Source: Bacteroidota bacterium (GTDB lineage: Bacteria; Bacteroidota; Bacteroidia; SXHM01). Taken from it: a stretch of DNA of 64,000 bases. Below, one piece after another: positions 9,120-18,499 of the stretch. Where the stretch lies: the NCBI GenBank assembly GCA_947479755.1, contig CANKAM010000011.1:20488-84487 (forward strand), given 5' to 3'. Position 1 is the stretch's first letter, and each line of letters starts with the position of its first letter. Under the pieces are notes generated by a model that saw only the letters and a list, made by a program, of their open reading frames with translations, was not told the origin of the DNA and searched no databases. The position numbers and the translations under genes were made by a program.

Positions 9120-9530
9120 ATGAAGTTATTTAAAACACTAATTCTTTTCTCATCAGTACTTTGTTACAGTACCGGAGTTTTTTCACAAAGTATACCAAAT
9201 GAGGTAATCGGTAGGTGGTCGGGCCAGGTGGTAGAAGAAGGACGCAGTGATTATTATACCGTAAAAATGCAGGTAAATGCAGGTGAGGTTGGCAGTATAA
9301 CAGCCACCATTGACTACCCCGGTTATGGTTGTGGCGGTAACCTCCAACTGATTGAAATTACTCAGGCTGAGCTTACCGAAGTAACATTTCTGGAGGTACT
9401 CAGCTACGGAAACGAGTTGTGTATTGACCAAGGTGAGGTAGTAATAGCCCGAGAAAATGGACGCCTTAGATTTCAATGGTCGAAAAGCGGCCTTGATTTT
9501 TTTGCACAAGGCTATCTCGACAGGGATTAA
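9120..9530 (+). CDS. Secreted hypothetical protein
   Basis: Signal peptide MKLFKTLILFSSVLCYSTGVFSQ. 136 aa. No recognised motif. Confidence 0.45.
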   Translation: MKLFKTLILFSSVLCYSTGVFSQSIPNEVIGRWSGQVVEEGRSDYYTVKMQVNAGEVGSITATIDYPGYGCGGNLQLIEITQAELTEVTFLEVLSYGNELCIDQGEVVIARENGRLRFQWSKSGLDFFAQGYLDRD

Positions 9531-9647
9531 TCCTCAAAAAAAATTATCAGCAGGGCTTACCCGCCATTACTCAATAAGGTATGAGCAAAATCATTTGCTG
9601 CTCCCTGATTGCAACCTACACTTGCAGTATTATTCTTTTGATATAAC

Positions 9648-10559
9648 ATGAAAGCCCTGATTATTCTGCTCATTGCCCTGCTGCCTTTTACAGGCATAGG
9701 CCAAACAGCAGAAGAGTATTTTGAACGCGGCCTTGAAAAAGATTCACTTAAGGATTACAGAGGTGCTATAGCCAGCTACAACAAGGTAATTGAATTTGAC
9801 CCTGCAAATGCCGAGGCATATAATAACAGAGGTATAGCGCGGCATATGCTGCATAACTACAACGAGGCTATTGCAGACTTCAATAAGGCAATAGAACTAA
9901 ATCCCAATCTGGCAAAACCGTATTATAACAGGGGCGCATCAAAAGACGAACTCAACAACCCTGCAGGGGCAATAACAGACTACAACAGTGCAATTGAAAT
10001 GGAGCCGAACTATGTAAAAGCCTATTCAAACCGCGGTGCTTCAAAACACCTGCTTAAGGATTACAAGGGAGCAATAGCAGACCTGACTAAGGCAATAGAA
10101 CTGGACCCCTATAACGCTGTGGCCTATAACAACAGAGGTACTTCACTAAAAAGTATGCAGAACTATAAAGCAGCCATGGAAGACTTTACACAGGCAATTG
10201 AAATAAGCCCTGAGCAGGCTGCAGTAAGTTATACCAACAGAGGTCTTACAAAAATTATTCTTCAGGAAATGAAAGGGGCCATTGCAGACTTCAGTAAGGC
10301 AATAGATATTGACCCTAAACATACGGATGCCTATTTACAAAGAGGACTTGCAAAAGCCAGTCTTCAGAACCACAAAGCGGCCATATCAGACTTCTCTAAG
10401 GTAATTGAAATTGACACTGAAAATACATTGGCTTTCTACAACAGAGGTCTTTCAAAAGTGCAGATAAAGCAAAACGAGAGCGGTTGCCTGGATTTAAACA
10501 AGGCTAAAAAAGCAGGTTACAGAGATGCTGTTGAAGCAGTAAGGCAATATTGCAGGTAA
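9648..10559 (+). CDS. Secreted tetratricopeptide-repeat protein
   Basis: Signal peptide plus about 8 consecutive 34-aa TPR units with the recurring A..YN.RG/AY..RG pattern (AEAYNNRGIARHMLHNYNEAIADFNKAIELNP...). Confidence 0.8.
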   Translation: MKALIILLIALLPFTGIGQTAEEYFERGLEKDSLKDYRGAIASYNKVIEFDPANAEAYNNRGIARHMLHNYNEAIADFNKAIELNPNLAKPYYNRGASKDELNNPAGAITDYNSAIEMEPNYVKAYSNRGASKHLLKDYKGAIADLTKAIELDPYNAVAYNNRGTSLKSMQNYKAAMEDFTQAIEISPEQAAVSYTNRGLTKIILQEMKGAIADFSKAIDIDPKHTDAYLQRGLAKASLQNHKAAISDFSKVIEIDTENTLAFYNRGLSKVQIKQNESGCLDLNKAKKAGYRDAVEAVRQYCR

Positions 10560-10591
10560 GGAGGATTTCCTTAATTAAAAACAAAACTTAT

Positions 10592-10819
10592 TTAAGCGGC
10601 TTTAAGGCGTATTACTTCCAGTTCTGTTCCGCTTTTAAAACGCTCATCGGCCAGTGCCAATACTTTACGGGTGGTTTCCTGGTCAAGCAGATAGTTGGCG
10701 CAGGTATCACACACTTCAGCATCTACATCTTTAATAAGTACAATTGCGTCATTGCGTTCTAACTTAACAGTTACTTTTCCTGCTTTATAGGTACCATGTT
10801 TACAGATTACACAATTCAT
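10592..10819 (-). CDS. YgiT-type zinc-ribbon protein, MqsA-family antitoxin lacking an HTH domain
   Basis: CxxC...CxxC zinc ribbon: MNCVICKHGTYKAGKVTV...AEVCDTCANYLLD. The ATG at 10819 gives a 4-nt gap to the upstream toxin. A longer form from the ATG at 10876 would overlap the toxin by 53 nt. Confidence 0.6.
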   Translation of the reverse strand: MNCVICKHGTYKAGKVTVKLERNDAIVLIKDVDAEVCDTCANYLLDQETTRKVLALADERFKSGTELEVIRLKAA

Positions 10820-10823
10820 TTTA

Positions 10824-11108
10824 TTATTTTTTTCTGGTTTTGTTATCCGATTCAAATTTATCTGCTGAGGGTTCATAAGCAGTAATAACTACACATAGTT
10901 TGTTTTCTGCATTATAACCCAACACTAAATGTATTGGTTTCCCCGATACATATGCCAACAAAAGACAACTGGGTAAAGGCTTGTCATCATCATAATTTTC
11001 AATTACCTCTCTCTCTTTTGCAACGCACTCAACCTGCTGTTCGGTAATGCCGCGAGCTGCCATAAATTCAACTGCATGGTTAGTATATTTAATAGATTCG
11101 CAGTTCAA
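10824..11108 (-). CDS. DUF4258-family toxin-like protein, partner of the YgiT zinc-ribbon antitoxin
   Basis: 94 aa. The IKYTNHAVEFMAARGITEQQVECV N-terminus resembles the DUF4258 consensus (tdHAleRmeeRgIteeeVe). The ORF-track start is TTG; the first ATG at 11063 would truncate the conserved N-terminus. Confidence 0.55.
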   Translation of the reverse strand: MNCESIKYTNHAVEFMAARGITEQQVECVAKEREVIENYDDDKPLPSCLLLAYVSGKPIHLVLGYNAENKLCVVITAYEPSADKFESDNKTRKK

Positions 11109-11264
11109 TTATCTTTTGTTTATTCAGTAGCAAATGTAGTTTTTTTTCAGAACATTACCTCCTTTAGCCTATAGGAATATCATACTTGCATTGTTTCTAA
11201 GAAACAACAATCTAAATCTTTAAAAACAAATAATATTACCAACAATCAATTCCTGCTTTCTTCG

Positions 11265-11272
11265 TAGGTTTG
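11265..11272 (+). promoter_or_regulatory. Candidate -7 box TAGGTTTG immediately upstream of mscS (possible leaderless transcript)
   Basis: Matches the Bacteroidota TAnnTTTG consensus. Ends 5 nt before the ATG at 11278. Confidence 0.25.
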
Positions 11273-11277
11273 AGCCC

Positions 11278-12114
11278 ATGGAATTTATCACGGAGCATAA
11301 ATCATTTTTCAGCGCAGCGATAGTAATACTGGTTGCCATTATAGCCTCGCGCATTATACGCAGGCTGCTGAAACGTTTTTTTGACCAGAGCTCGGAGCAC
11401 CTGAATGTTGACCCTACACGCTACCGCTTTTTCCGCAACATGGTTGACCTTGTTATTTTTACCCTTGCCGGCATGCTGGTGGTTTACAGCATACCTGCCC
11501 TGCGCACCTTAGGTCTTACGCTGTTTGCGGGTGCGGGTATTATTGCAGCCATTGTGGGTTTTGCATCACAGCAGGCATTCAGCAATATCATCAGCGGTAT
11601 ATTCATTGTTATATTTCGTCCTTTTCGCGTAAACGATATTATTAAAGTAGGCAGTTTCGACAGCGGAATAGTGGAAGACATAACGCTGCGCCATACTGTT
11701 ATCCGCAGTTTTGAAAACCGCAGACTTGTTATTCCCAACGGGGTTATAAGTGAACAAACGGTTTTAAACTCAAGCCTTGTGGATGAACATGTGTGCATGC
11801 TTATTGACATTGGTATAAGCTACGAAAGTGATGTGGACAAAGCGCTTTTAATTTTGCAGGACGAATGCCTGAAACATCCGTCTTGTGATGACAGACGCAA
11901 TCCGGATGAAAAAAATGCAAGTGAACCTATAGTAGAAGTAAAGGTTCTGGAACTTAGTGATACCGCTGTAATCATTCGTGCAAGTGTTTGGGCAGATGAT
12001 GCCATCAAGGGTTTTGATATGAAATGTGATTTGCTGTTGGCAGTAAAAAAACGATTTGACACTGAAGGCATTGAATTTCCTTTTCACCACCGCACAACTG
12101 TTTTTAAAAACTAA
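11278..12114 (+). CDS. mscS: Small-conductance mechanosensitive channel (MscS family)
   Basis: Three N-terminal TM helices, then the conserved MscS beta-domain text GIIAAIVGFASQQAFSNIISGIFIVIFRPFRVNDIIKVG...GIVEDITLRHTVIRSFENRRLVIPNG. Confidence 0.85.
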   Translation: MEFITEHKSFFSAAIVILVAIIASRIIRRLLKRFFDQSSEHLNVDPTRYRFFRNMVDLVIFTLAGMLVVYSIPALRTLGLTLFAGAGIIAAIVGFASQQAFSNIISGIFIVIFRPFRVNDIIKVGSFDSGIVEDITLRHTVIRSFENRRLVIPNGVISEQTVLNSSLVDEHVCMLIDIGISYESDVDKALLILQDECLKHPSCDDRRNPDEKNASEPIVEVKVLELSDTAVIIRASVWADDAIKGFDMKCDLLLAVKKRFDTEGIEFPFHHRTTVFKN

Positions 12115-12117
12115 CAG

Positions 12118-13179
12118 ATGGGAAAAAGCAATAAAAGAAAAAAACGCGAAAGTCTTCCCTTCGGAACACTGGTTCCCGTTGGCGATAAGCCAGGAATAGA
12201 ACAGGTACTTATCAGCAACATCAGCTACACACCCGGTTTTTATAACGAAAATCATGCGGTGGATGTAAACAACCTTGCAAAAGAAATTACCGAAGATAAA
12301 TTTCACTGGATAAACATCAACAGCCTTTACGACCTTAATCTGCTTGAAAAAGTGGGCAAACATTTCGGGCTGCATAACCTGTTGCTGGAAGATATTCTGC
12401 AAACCGAACACATACCTAAATACGAAGAGTTTGATAAACATCTGTTCATCACATTGAAAATGATTTCGGTTACGGAAGAAGGGGAAATTGAATTTGAACA
12501 GGTGGCCGTGGTACTGGGAAAGAACTATGTTATATCGTTTCAGGAACAGCCCGGTGATTTTTTCGACCCAGTGCGCAAACGACTGCTGGACCCTACAGCG
12601 CAGGTGCGCAATAAAACTTCAGACTTTCTTTTTTTTAGGCTCATTGACGTGGTGGTTGACAATTATTTTGTGGTGCTTGAAAGCATTGCCGACCAGATGG
12701 AGGAAATGGAAACCAAAACCTTGAATGAAACGGAAGAGAGCAATCTGCGCGAAATACTTAATGTTAAGAAAGATCTGATTTACCTGCGTAAATCTGTTTT
12801 CCCTTTGCGCGAGGCATTATCAAAACTGAGCAAAACAGAATCAGATGTAATTCAGGAAAACAACCTGAAATACCTTACTGATATTTACGACCATACCATC
12901 CACGTTATTCAGTCCATTGAAACCTACCGCGATTTGGTTTCAAGTCTGATGGACCTGCACCTTTCCAGCATCAGCTACCGTATGAATGTGGTGATGAAAG
13001 TACTGACTATTATCTCTACTATTTTTATTCCGCTCACCTTTCTGGCAGGGGTTTACGGTATGAATTTTAAATACTTCCCTGAACTGCAATGGCAATACGC
13101 CTACCCTGCTTTCTGGGGAATTTGCATTGCACTTTTTATCGGCATGATGTTTTATTTCAAAAAGAAAAAGTGGTTATAA
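12118..13179 (+). CDS. corA: Mg2+/Co2+ transporter CorA
   Basis: C-terminal two TM helices with the signature YGMNF (GMN motif) in LAGVYGMNFKYFPEL. 353 aa. Confidence 0.9.
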   Translation: MGKSNKRKKRESLPFGTLVPVGDKPGIEQVLISNISYTPGFYNENHAVDVNNLAKEITEDKFHWININSLYDLNLLEKVGKHFGLHNLLLEDILQTEHIPKYEEFDKHLFITLKMISVTEEGEIEFEQVAVVLGKNYVISFQEQPGDFFDPVRKRLLDPTAQVRNKTSDFLFFRLIDVVVDNYFVVLESIADQMEEMETKTLNETEESNLREILNVKKDLIYLRKSVFPLREALSKLSKTESDVIQENNLKYLTDIYDHTIHVIQSIETYRDLVSSLMDLHLSSISYRMNVVMKVLTIISTIFIPLTFLAGVYGMNFKYFPELQWQYAYPAFWGICIALFIGMMFYFKKKKWL

Positions 13180-13608
13180 ATGGGTAGAATACTGGCAATA
13201 GATTTTGGAACAAAACGCACCGGCATTGCGGTTACCGATACCTCAAAAATTATAGCCACCGGTCTGGCAACTGTTGCAACAAACGAAGCAATTGATTTTC
13301 TGAAAAAGTACCTTGCAAAAGAAGAAGTGGAATGCATTGTTGTAGGCGAACCCAAACGCATGAACAATCAGCCCGCACAGGCAGCAGCCGGTACAGAGCT
13401 GTTTATAAAACAACTGCAAAAGCATTTTCCAAATCACAAGATTGAACGTGAAGACGAACGCTTTACTTCCAAGATGGCTTTCCAGACCATGATTGATGGT
13501 GGACTGGGTAAAAAAGCACGGCAGAATAAAGAACTGGTAGATACCATTAGCGCAACAATAATCCTGCAAAGTTATATGGAGCGATTAAGCTCATCAACGA
13601 ATAGCTAA
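13180..13608 (+). CDS. ruvX: Holliday-junction resolvase-like RuvX/YqgF
   Basis: N-terminus MGRILAIDFGTKRTGIAVTD is the YqgF/RuvX signature. 142 aa. Confidence 0.9.
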   Translation: MGRILAIDFGTKRTGIAVTDTSKIIATGLATVATNEAIDFLKKYLAKEEVECIVVGEPKRMNNQPAQAAAGTELFIKQLQKHFPNHKIEREDERFTSKMAFQTMIDGGLGKKARQNKELVDTISATIILQSYMERLSSSTNS

Positions 13609-13690
13609 TCCTTTACGAATATACGAATGAGGAATTTCGACATCCGTATATTCGTTTTAATAATTCGTTATTCGTTGATAAACACAATCT

Positions 13691-13698
13691 CTATCTTT
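13691..13698 (+). promoter_or_regulatory. Candidate -7 box TATCTTTG for def, preceded by a hairpin with ACGAATATACG/CGTATATTCGT inverted repeats
   Basis: TAnnTTTG consensus 20 nt upstream of the def ATG. The inverted repeat at 13616-13660 may terminate ruvX. Confidence 0.3.
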
Positions 13699-13718
13699 GC
13701 ACCCTTAAAATTAAATAA

Positions 13719-14276
13719 ATGATTCTTCCCATAGTAGCCTACGGTGACCCCGTTCTTAAAAAAGTAGCCGAAGAAATTGACAGTGATTATCCCGGTCTTG
13801 ATAAGCTGATTACTGATATGTTTGAGACCATGTACTCAAGCAAAGGCGTGGGATTAGCGGCACCGCAAATCAACAAATCCATTCGCCTGTTTATTATTGA
13901 CGCATCACCCTTTGCTGACGAATATCCTGAACTGGAAGGCTGGAAAAAAACATTTATCAATCCCCGCATTCTGGAAGAAGAAGGCGAAGAATGGGATTTT
14001 AACGAAGGTTGTCTGAGCATTCCCGGCATACGCGAAGATGTGGAACGCAAACCCGAATTAATTCTGGAATACGAAGACGAAAACTTTGAACTGCACGAAG
14101 AAAAATTCGATGGTATTATTGCCCGCGTTATCCAGCATGAATACGACCACCTGGAAGGTATCCTTTTTACCGACCATCTGAGCCCGCTGAAAAAGCGTTT
14201 ACTCAAAGGCAAGCTCAATGATATTTCAAAAGGCATTGTGGATGTAAATTACAAAATGAAATTTCCGAAGAGATAA
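13719..14276 (+). CDS. def: Peptide deformylase
   Basis: Motifs GVGLAAPQI, EGCLSIPG and HEYDHLEG, the three Fe-binding PDF motifs. Confidence 0.9.
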   Translation: MILPIVAYGDPVLKKVAEEIDSDYPGLDKLITDMFETMYSSKGVGLAAPQINKSIRLFIIDASPFADEYPELEGWKKTFINPRILEEEGEEWDFNEGCLSIPGIREDVERKPELILEYEDENFELHEEKFDGIIARVIQHEYDHLEGILFTDHLSPLKKRLLKGKLNDISKGIVDVNYKMKFPKR

Positions 14277-14282
14277 TTTAAT

Positions 14283-14344
14283 GTCACCCTGAGCATAGTC
14301 GAAGGGTAATAATAGTGCCTCGACTACGCTCGGCATGACAAAAC
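14283..14344. repeat. Long imperfect hairpin element with termini GTCACCCTGA...GCATGACAAAAC; 22-bp arms
   Basis: Arm 1 is GTCACCCTGAGCATAGTCGAAGG (14283-14305). Arm 2 is CCTCGACTACGCTCGGCATGAC (14318-14339), an imperfect reverse complement. Related copies at 40405-40472 and 47657-47679. Confidence 0.6.
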
Positions 14345-14357
14345 AAATAACTAACAA

Positions 14358-14897
14358 ATGAAACAATACCTACTACCTACTGCCTGCTGCCTGCTACTTA
14401 CTTTAGCCTCCTGCACCAGCGAACAGCAAAAACTACAACAGTCCATTGATGCAAAAGAAAAAGAACTCTATGGCGATTCAACCATGGTAATGGACTTTGC
14501 AAAAGCCAAAGACATGATTGCGTTGTATGCCGATTTTGTAAAAAAATACCCTGAGAACGAAAAAGCAGAAGATTATCTTTTCAAAGCAGGTGAGGTAAGC
14601 ATGGGTGCCATGCAAAGCAATGTTGCCATCAAATATTTTGAGCAGTACTACGAGAAATACCCAAAAGCCGACAAGGCGCCTTACAGTCTTTTTATGCAGG
14701 GCTTTATTTACGAAACGCAGGTAAAGAATATAGAAAAAGCAAAATGGTGTTACGAGAAATTTATCCTTGATTTTCCTACTCACAAATTAGCGGAAGATGC
14801 TAAATACTCCATTGCCAACCTTGGCAAAAGTGAGGAAGACTTGATACGCGAGTTTGAAGCAAAGCTGAAAGGCGATTCTGCCACCGCAGGCAAGTAA
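14358..14897 (+). CDS. Lipoprotein, TPR-like helical
   Basis: Lipobox LTLASC. Helical repeats rich in Y/K/E with YxxA patterns. Confidence 0.45.
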   Translation: MKQYLLPTACCLLLTLASCTSEQQKLQQSIDAKEKELYGDSTMVMDFAKAKDMIALYADFVKKYPENEKAEDYLFKAGEVSMGAMQSNVAIKYFEQYYEKYPKADKAPYSLFMQGFIYETQVKNIEKAKWCYEKFILDFPTHKLAEDAKYSIANLGKSEEDLIREFEAKLKGDSATAGK

Positions 14898-15056
14898 CGC
14901 TGAATTAAATCTGCTTTTAATATCCCTTAACTGACATTATTATAGTGTCGGCTTCTGATATTATTTCTCTGTCGAAAAATATTTTTCCAATCACCCAACC
15001 ATTTAGCTTTACAGCACGTTTACAATTTGATAACATTAATTTAACTTATACCCCGA

Positions 15057-16700
15057 ATGACAAAACTTTACGCCTCTCTACTTTTTCCTTTTGTTGCAGT
15101 AAGTGCTTTTGCACAATGGAATACTGACCCCTCTATTAACAACCTTATCTGCACACAACCGCAGGACCAGCAGGATGCGCGCATTGTAACCGATACCAAA
15201 GGTGGTGCTATTATCAGTTGGGTTGACTTCCGTAACGATGCCAATCAATTAGTAGCCGATATTTTTGCACAACGCGTAAACTCTGTTGGAACTAATATGT
15301 GGACCAACAACGGTGTAGCAGTTTGCACCAACAGTGCCGATCAGACAGCATCCGTATTAACCGAAGACGGAGTAGGTGGAACAATCATTACCTGGCAAGA
15401 CTGGCGCAGCGGAAACCGCGACATTTATGCACAACGCATTGATTCATCCGGAAATGTTTTGTGGACTGCAAATGGTGTTGATGTGGCAGTAAAAAACTTT
15501 CAGCAGCAGGGGCCTCGCATTATCAGTGATGGTGCAGAAGGAGCCATAATTGTTTGGGAAGATTCTATAAACGGAAACTGGGATATTTTTGCACAGCACA
15601 TCAATAGCAGTGGCGTTACACAATGGACAGCAGGGGGTGTTGCCGTTTGCACTTCATCACAAAATCAGGTTAATCCTAAAATAGTTGGAGATGCAACAGG
15701 CTCAACCTATATTGTATGGCAAGACAGACGCAACGGAAATGATTATGATGTTTATTGCCAGAAACTGAACTCATCAGGCGCAGTGCAATGGACCGCTAAT
15801 GGTGTTGCCGTTTGTACAGCAGGCAATTCACAGACAAATCCAAAAATGGTATTGGATAATTCGGGTGCAATAGTTATTGCTTGGCAACATTTCAATACAG
15901 GCGCGGGTTACGATGTATATGCTCAACGCTTAAACTCATCAGGTGCTGTGCAATGGACAGCAAACGGTATTGCGATTTGTGCACAGCCTAATAATCAGAG
16001 TGCCATTGATATGACAGCTGAAGATATTACTGACGGTGTTATTATTTCATGGAAAGATGCAAGAAATCCAACTAATGTAAATATCTATTGCCAGAAAGTT
16101 GATTTCAGCGGCAACGGAATTTGGACAACAAACGGTGTCTTGCTTTCAAATGCTTCACGCAACCAGATCAATCCTAATATTGTTGGCGATGGCAATGGCG
16201 GAGGAATTATTGTGTGGCAGGATTCTATTGCCGGAATATGGGATGTTTATGCACAGCGTATCTCTTCATTAGGCGCTGCTGTTTGGGCAAGCGGTGGAGT
16301 TGCCGTAGGTATTGCAGCAGATAACCAGACCGGACCTAAAAATGTAAGTGACGGAACTGGCGGTTCAATTTTCTCTTTTCAGGATAAACGTTCAGGAGAT
16401 TTTGATATTTATGCTTACAAGATTGCAGGAGATACTACCACCGGAATTGAGACACTTACTGAATTAAAGAATAACATTTCTGTCTTTCCAAATCCTTTCT
16501 CAGAAAACACAACCATTTATTTACCCGAAGGAAAACACAATCTGCGCCTGTATGATTTAGCAGGAAGAGAAATGCTGACTGTACTTAACATAAGTAATAG
16601 TAATTATGTATTTAAAAAAGGAAACCTTGCAAGCGGAACGTATTTACTTTCTGTTAGCTCAGAAAAAACTAATTATTCAAAACTAATTATCATTAACTAA
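15057..16700 (+). CDS. T9SS-secreted protein built of 8 tandem 54-aa repeats (possible beta-propeller) plus a C-terminal T9SS sorting domain
   Basis: Signal peptide. Eight repeats of consensus n.(Q/M)WT(A/T)NGVAVCT...Q..PKIV.D..GG.II.WQD.R.GN.DIYAQR(L/I)NSSG. C-terminal SVFPNPFSENTTIYL...KLIIIN is a T9SS type-A CTD. Confidence 0.6.
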   Translation: MTKLYASLLFPFVAVSAFAQWNTDPSINNLICTQPQDQQDARIVTDTKGGAIISWVDFRNDANQLVADIFAQRVNSVGTNMWTNNGVAVCTNSADQTASVLTEDGVGGTIITWQDWRSGNRDIYAQRIDSSGNVLWTANGVDVAVKNFQQQGPRIISDGAEGAIIVWEDSINGNWDIFAQHINSSGVTQWTAGGVAVCTSSQNQVNPKIVGDATGSTYIVWQDRRNGNDYDVYCQKLNSSGAVQWTANGVAVCTAGNSQTNPKMVLDNSGAIVIAWQHFNTGAGYDVYAQRLNSSGAVQWTANGIAICAQPNNQSAIDMTAEDITDGVIISWKDARNPTNVNIYCQKVDFSGNGIWTTNGVLLSNASRNQINPNIVGDGNGGGIIVWQDSIAGIWDVYAQRISSLGAAVWASGGVAVGIAADNQTGPKNVSDGTGGSIFSFQDKRSGDFDIYAYKIAGDTTTGIETLTELKNNISVFPNPFSENTTIYLPEGKHNLRLYDLAGREMLTVLNISNSNYVFKKGNLASGTYLLSVSSEKTNYSKLIIIN

Positions 16701-17086
16701 TGAAAAATAGCGGCTTACTTATTATTGGTTTAGTTCTCCTCTTTTCTTCTTGTACAAAAGAAGAGGGTGTTGGAGGAACATCAACCATTTCAGGAAAAGT
16801 ATATGCAAAAGAATTTTCTTCAGCCGGTAATCTCTTGGCTGAATATTATGCGCAGGAAGAGCGTGTGTATATTATTTATGGTGATGGCACAACGTATGAC
16901 AATGATTTCCGGACCAGCTACGATGGCTCTTACAAGTTTCAATACCTGAACAAAGGAACTTATAAAGTATTCTGTTATTCCAATTGCGACACTTGTGCAT
17001 CAGGGAGTATAGCCGTGATTAAGGAAGTTGAAATAACTTCCAATAACTCAACAGTAGAAGTAGAAGATATCGTTATCAGGAAATGA
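16700..17086 (+). CDS. Small lipoprotein, unknown function
   Basis: Lipobox LLFSSC. Start overlaps the upstream stop (TAATG). Its stop overlaps the downstream start (ATGA). Confidence 0.45.
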   Translation: MKNSGLLIIGLVLLFSSCTKEEGVGGTSTISGKVYAKEFSSAGNLLAEYYAQEERVYIIYGDGTTYDNDFRTSYDGSYKFQYLNKGTYKVFCYSNCDTCASGSIAVIKEVEITSNNSTVEVEDIVIRK

Positions 17087-17877
17087 GCGAGAACACCACG
17101 GCAAACCTTATAGTTCCTGCTTTACAAACCTTTCGCCCTATTACATTGAGCGAGATGGATAACGTGCAGTTGCTTAACCGCATGGATACAAAGTTTGTTT
17201 TTCCGGTTGACAAGCTCTTGCCGTTTCTTGAAAAAATAAAAGACGGATACCGCCTGCTGGAAACCAATCCGCTGCGTTACTCAGACTACAACTCACTTTA
17301 TTATGACACACCGGATTCAAAACTATACTTCACGCATCACCGTGGAAAGTCAGGGCGCTATAAAATTCGTTTCCGCAGTTACAACGACACAAAATTATTT
17401 TTCCTGGAAATAAAACACAAGAACAACAAAGGACGAACCGATAAGTCAAGAAAAAGAAAAACCGAAATAGAACAAACACTTTCTGCCGAATCGATTGAAT
17501 ACATCAACCGCAAAACAAATCTTGATGCTACACAATTAGAAGCAAAACTGCAGGTTGAATTTTCACGCCTCACCTTTGTAAACAACGAAGAAAACGAACG
17601 CGCTACTATTGATTTCAATTTGCGTTTCAGTCATAACGGAAAGCAGGTTGGCCTTCCCGGCATAGTGGTAGCAGAAATAAAACAAAGTAAATTTTCGGTA
17701 AAGAGCGGAGCAATATCAGCGCTCAGAGAATTAAAGATACGCGAAGACAACATGAGTAAATACTGCATTGGCACAGCGTTGATATATTCAGATATCAAAC
17801 AAAATAATTTCAAACAAAAAATATACACCATAAATAAACTTCAGAACCATGGAATTTTTAGGAACCAAGCTGCTTAA
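17083..17877 (+). CDS. VTC-domain protein (polyphosphate-polymerase-like catalytic domain, CYTH/triphosphate-tunnel fold)
   Basis: Basic tunnel-like pattern RYSDYNSLYYDTPDSKLYFTHHRGKSGRYKIRFRSYNDTKLFFLEIKHKNNKGRTDKSRKRK, resembling the Vtc4 catalytic core (R/K ladder around FLEIK). No TM segments. ATGA overlap with the upstream gene. Confidence 0.65.
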   Translation: MSENTTANLIVPALQTFRPITLSEMDNVQLLNRMDTKFVFPVDKLLPFLEKIKDGYRLLETNPLRYSDYNSLYYDTPDSKLYFTHHRGKSGRYKIRFRSYNDTKLFFLEIKHKNNKGRTDKSRKRKTEIEQTLSAESIEYINRKTNLDATQLEAKLQVEFSRLTFVNNEENERATIDFNLRFSHNGKQVGLPGIVVAEIKQSKFSVKSGAISALRELKIREDNMSKYCIGTALIYSDIKQNNFKQKIYTINKLQNHGIFRNQAA

Positions 17878-18499
17878 CGACAACGATTTTTTAGAATTGC
17901 TTGTCAGATTTTTCTTAAATATTACCGTGATGTTGGTAATAGTGCGTCTTCTCTATTATCCTAATCAACGCAGAAAAGACTATTTGTTTACCTACGTTAT
18001 TTTTAACGTGCTTATTTTCCTCATCTGCTTTTTGCTTAGCAGTGTAAAACTGGAACTTGGTTTTGCGTTTGGTTTATTTGCTGTGTTCGGCATTTTGCGT
18101 TACCGCACAGAAGCTGTGCCTATTAAGGAAATGACCTATCTGTTTATAGTAATAGGCATTGCCGTAATCAATTCACTGAGTAATAAAAAAATAAGCTGGG
18201 CCGAACTTGCCTTTACCAATGCTGCAATCCTGGGTGCCACTTATGCACTTGAAAAAATGTGGCTGCTGCGCCACGAAACACAGAAATTGGTGATCTATGA
18301 TAATATTGAACTTATAAAACCCGAACACAGAGCGAAATTGATTGAAGACCTGAATAAACGCACAGGACTTACCATTACCCGCACCCGCCTGGAGAAAATT
18401 GACTTTCTGCGTGATGTTGCTTTTCTCTACATCTACTATTTTGAAGATAAAACTCCGGGCTATAATAACCCGGCTGACGACAGCGATGATGACGATTAG
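17849..18499 (+). CDS. DUF4956-like integral membrane protein
   Basis: 4-5 TM helices (VMLVIVRLLYYP, FTYVIFNVLIFLICFLL, GFAFGLFAVFGIL, YLFIVIGIAVINSL) and an acidic DDSDDDD C-terminus. Overlaps the VTC gene by 29 nt. Family assignment is from memory of this gene neighbourhood and is unverified. Confidence 0.5.
   Translation: MEFLGTKLLNDNDFLELLVRFFLNITVMLVIVRLLYYPNQRRKDYLFTYVIFNVLIFLICFLLSSVKLELGFAFGLFAVFGILRYRTEAVPIKEMTYLFIVIGIAVINSLSNKKISWAELAFTNAAILGATYALEKMWLLRHETQKLVIYDNIELIKPEHRAKLIEDLNKRTGLTITRTRLEKIDFLRDVAFLYIYYFEDKTPGYNNPADDSDDDD

Noticed and set aside
10824-11108. TTG/GTG N-terminal extensions proposed by the ORF track (e.g. 4643..5485, 8060..8443, 23339, 27387..29009, 30496..31656, 31724..33211, 40537..40872, 57581..59692, 59863..61629)
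   Set aside because: The track treats TTG/GTG as Met. In most cases an in-frame ATG slightly downstream gives the expected conserved N-terminus or signal peptide, so I trimmed to the ATG. I kept TTG only where the conserved N-terminus requires it (ribH, the DUF4258-like gene).
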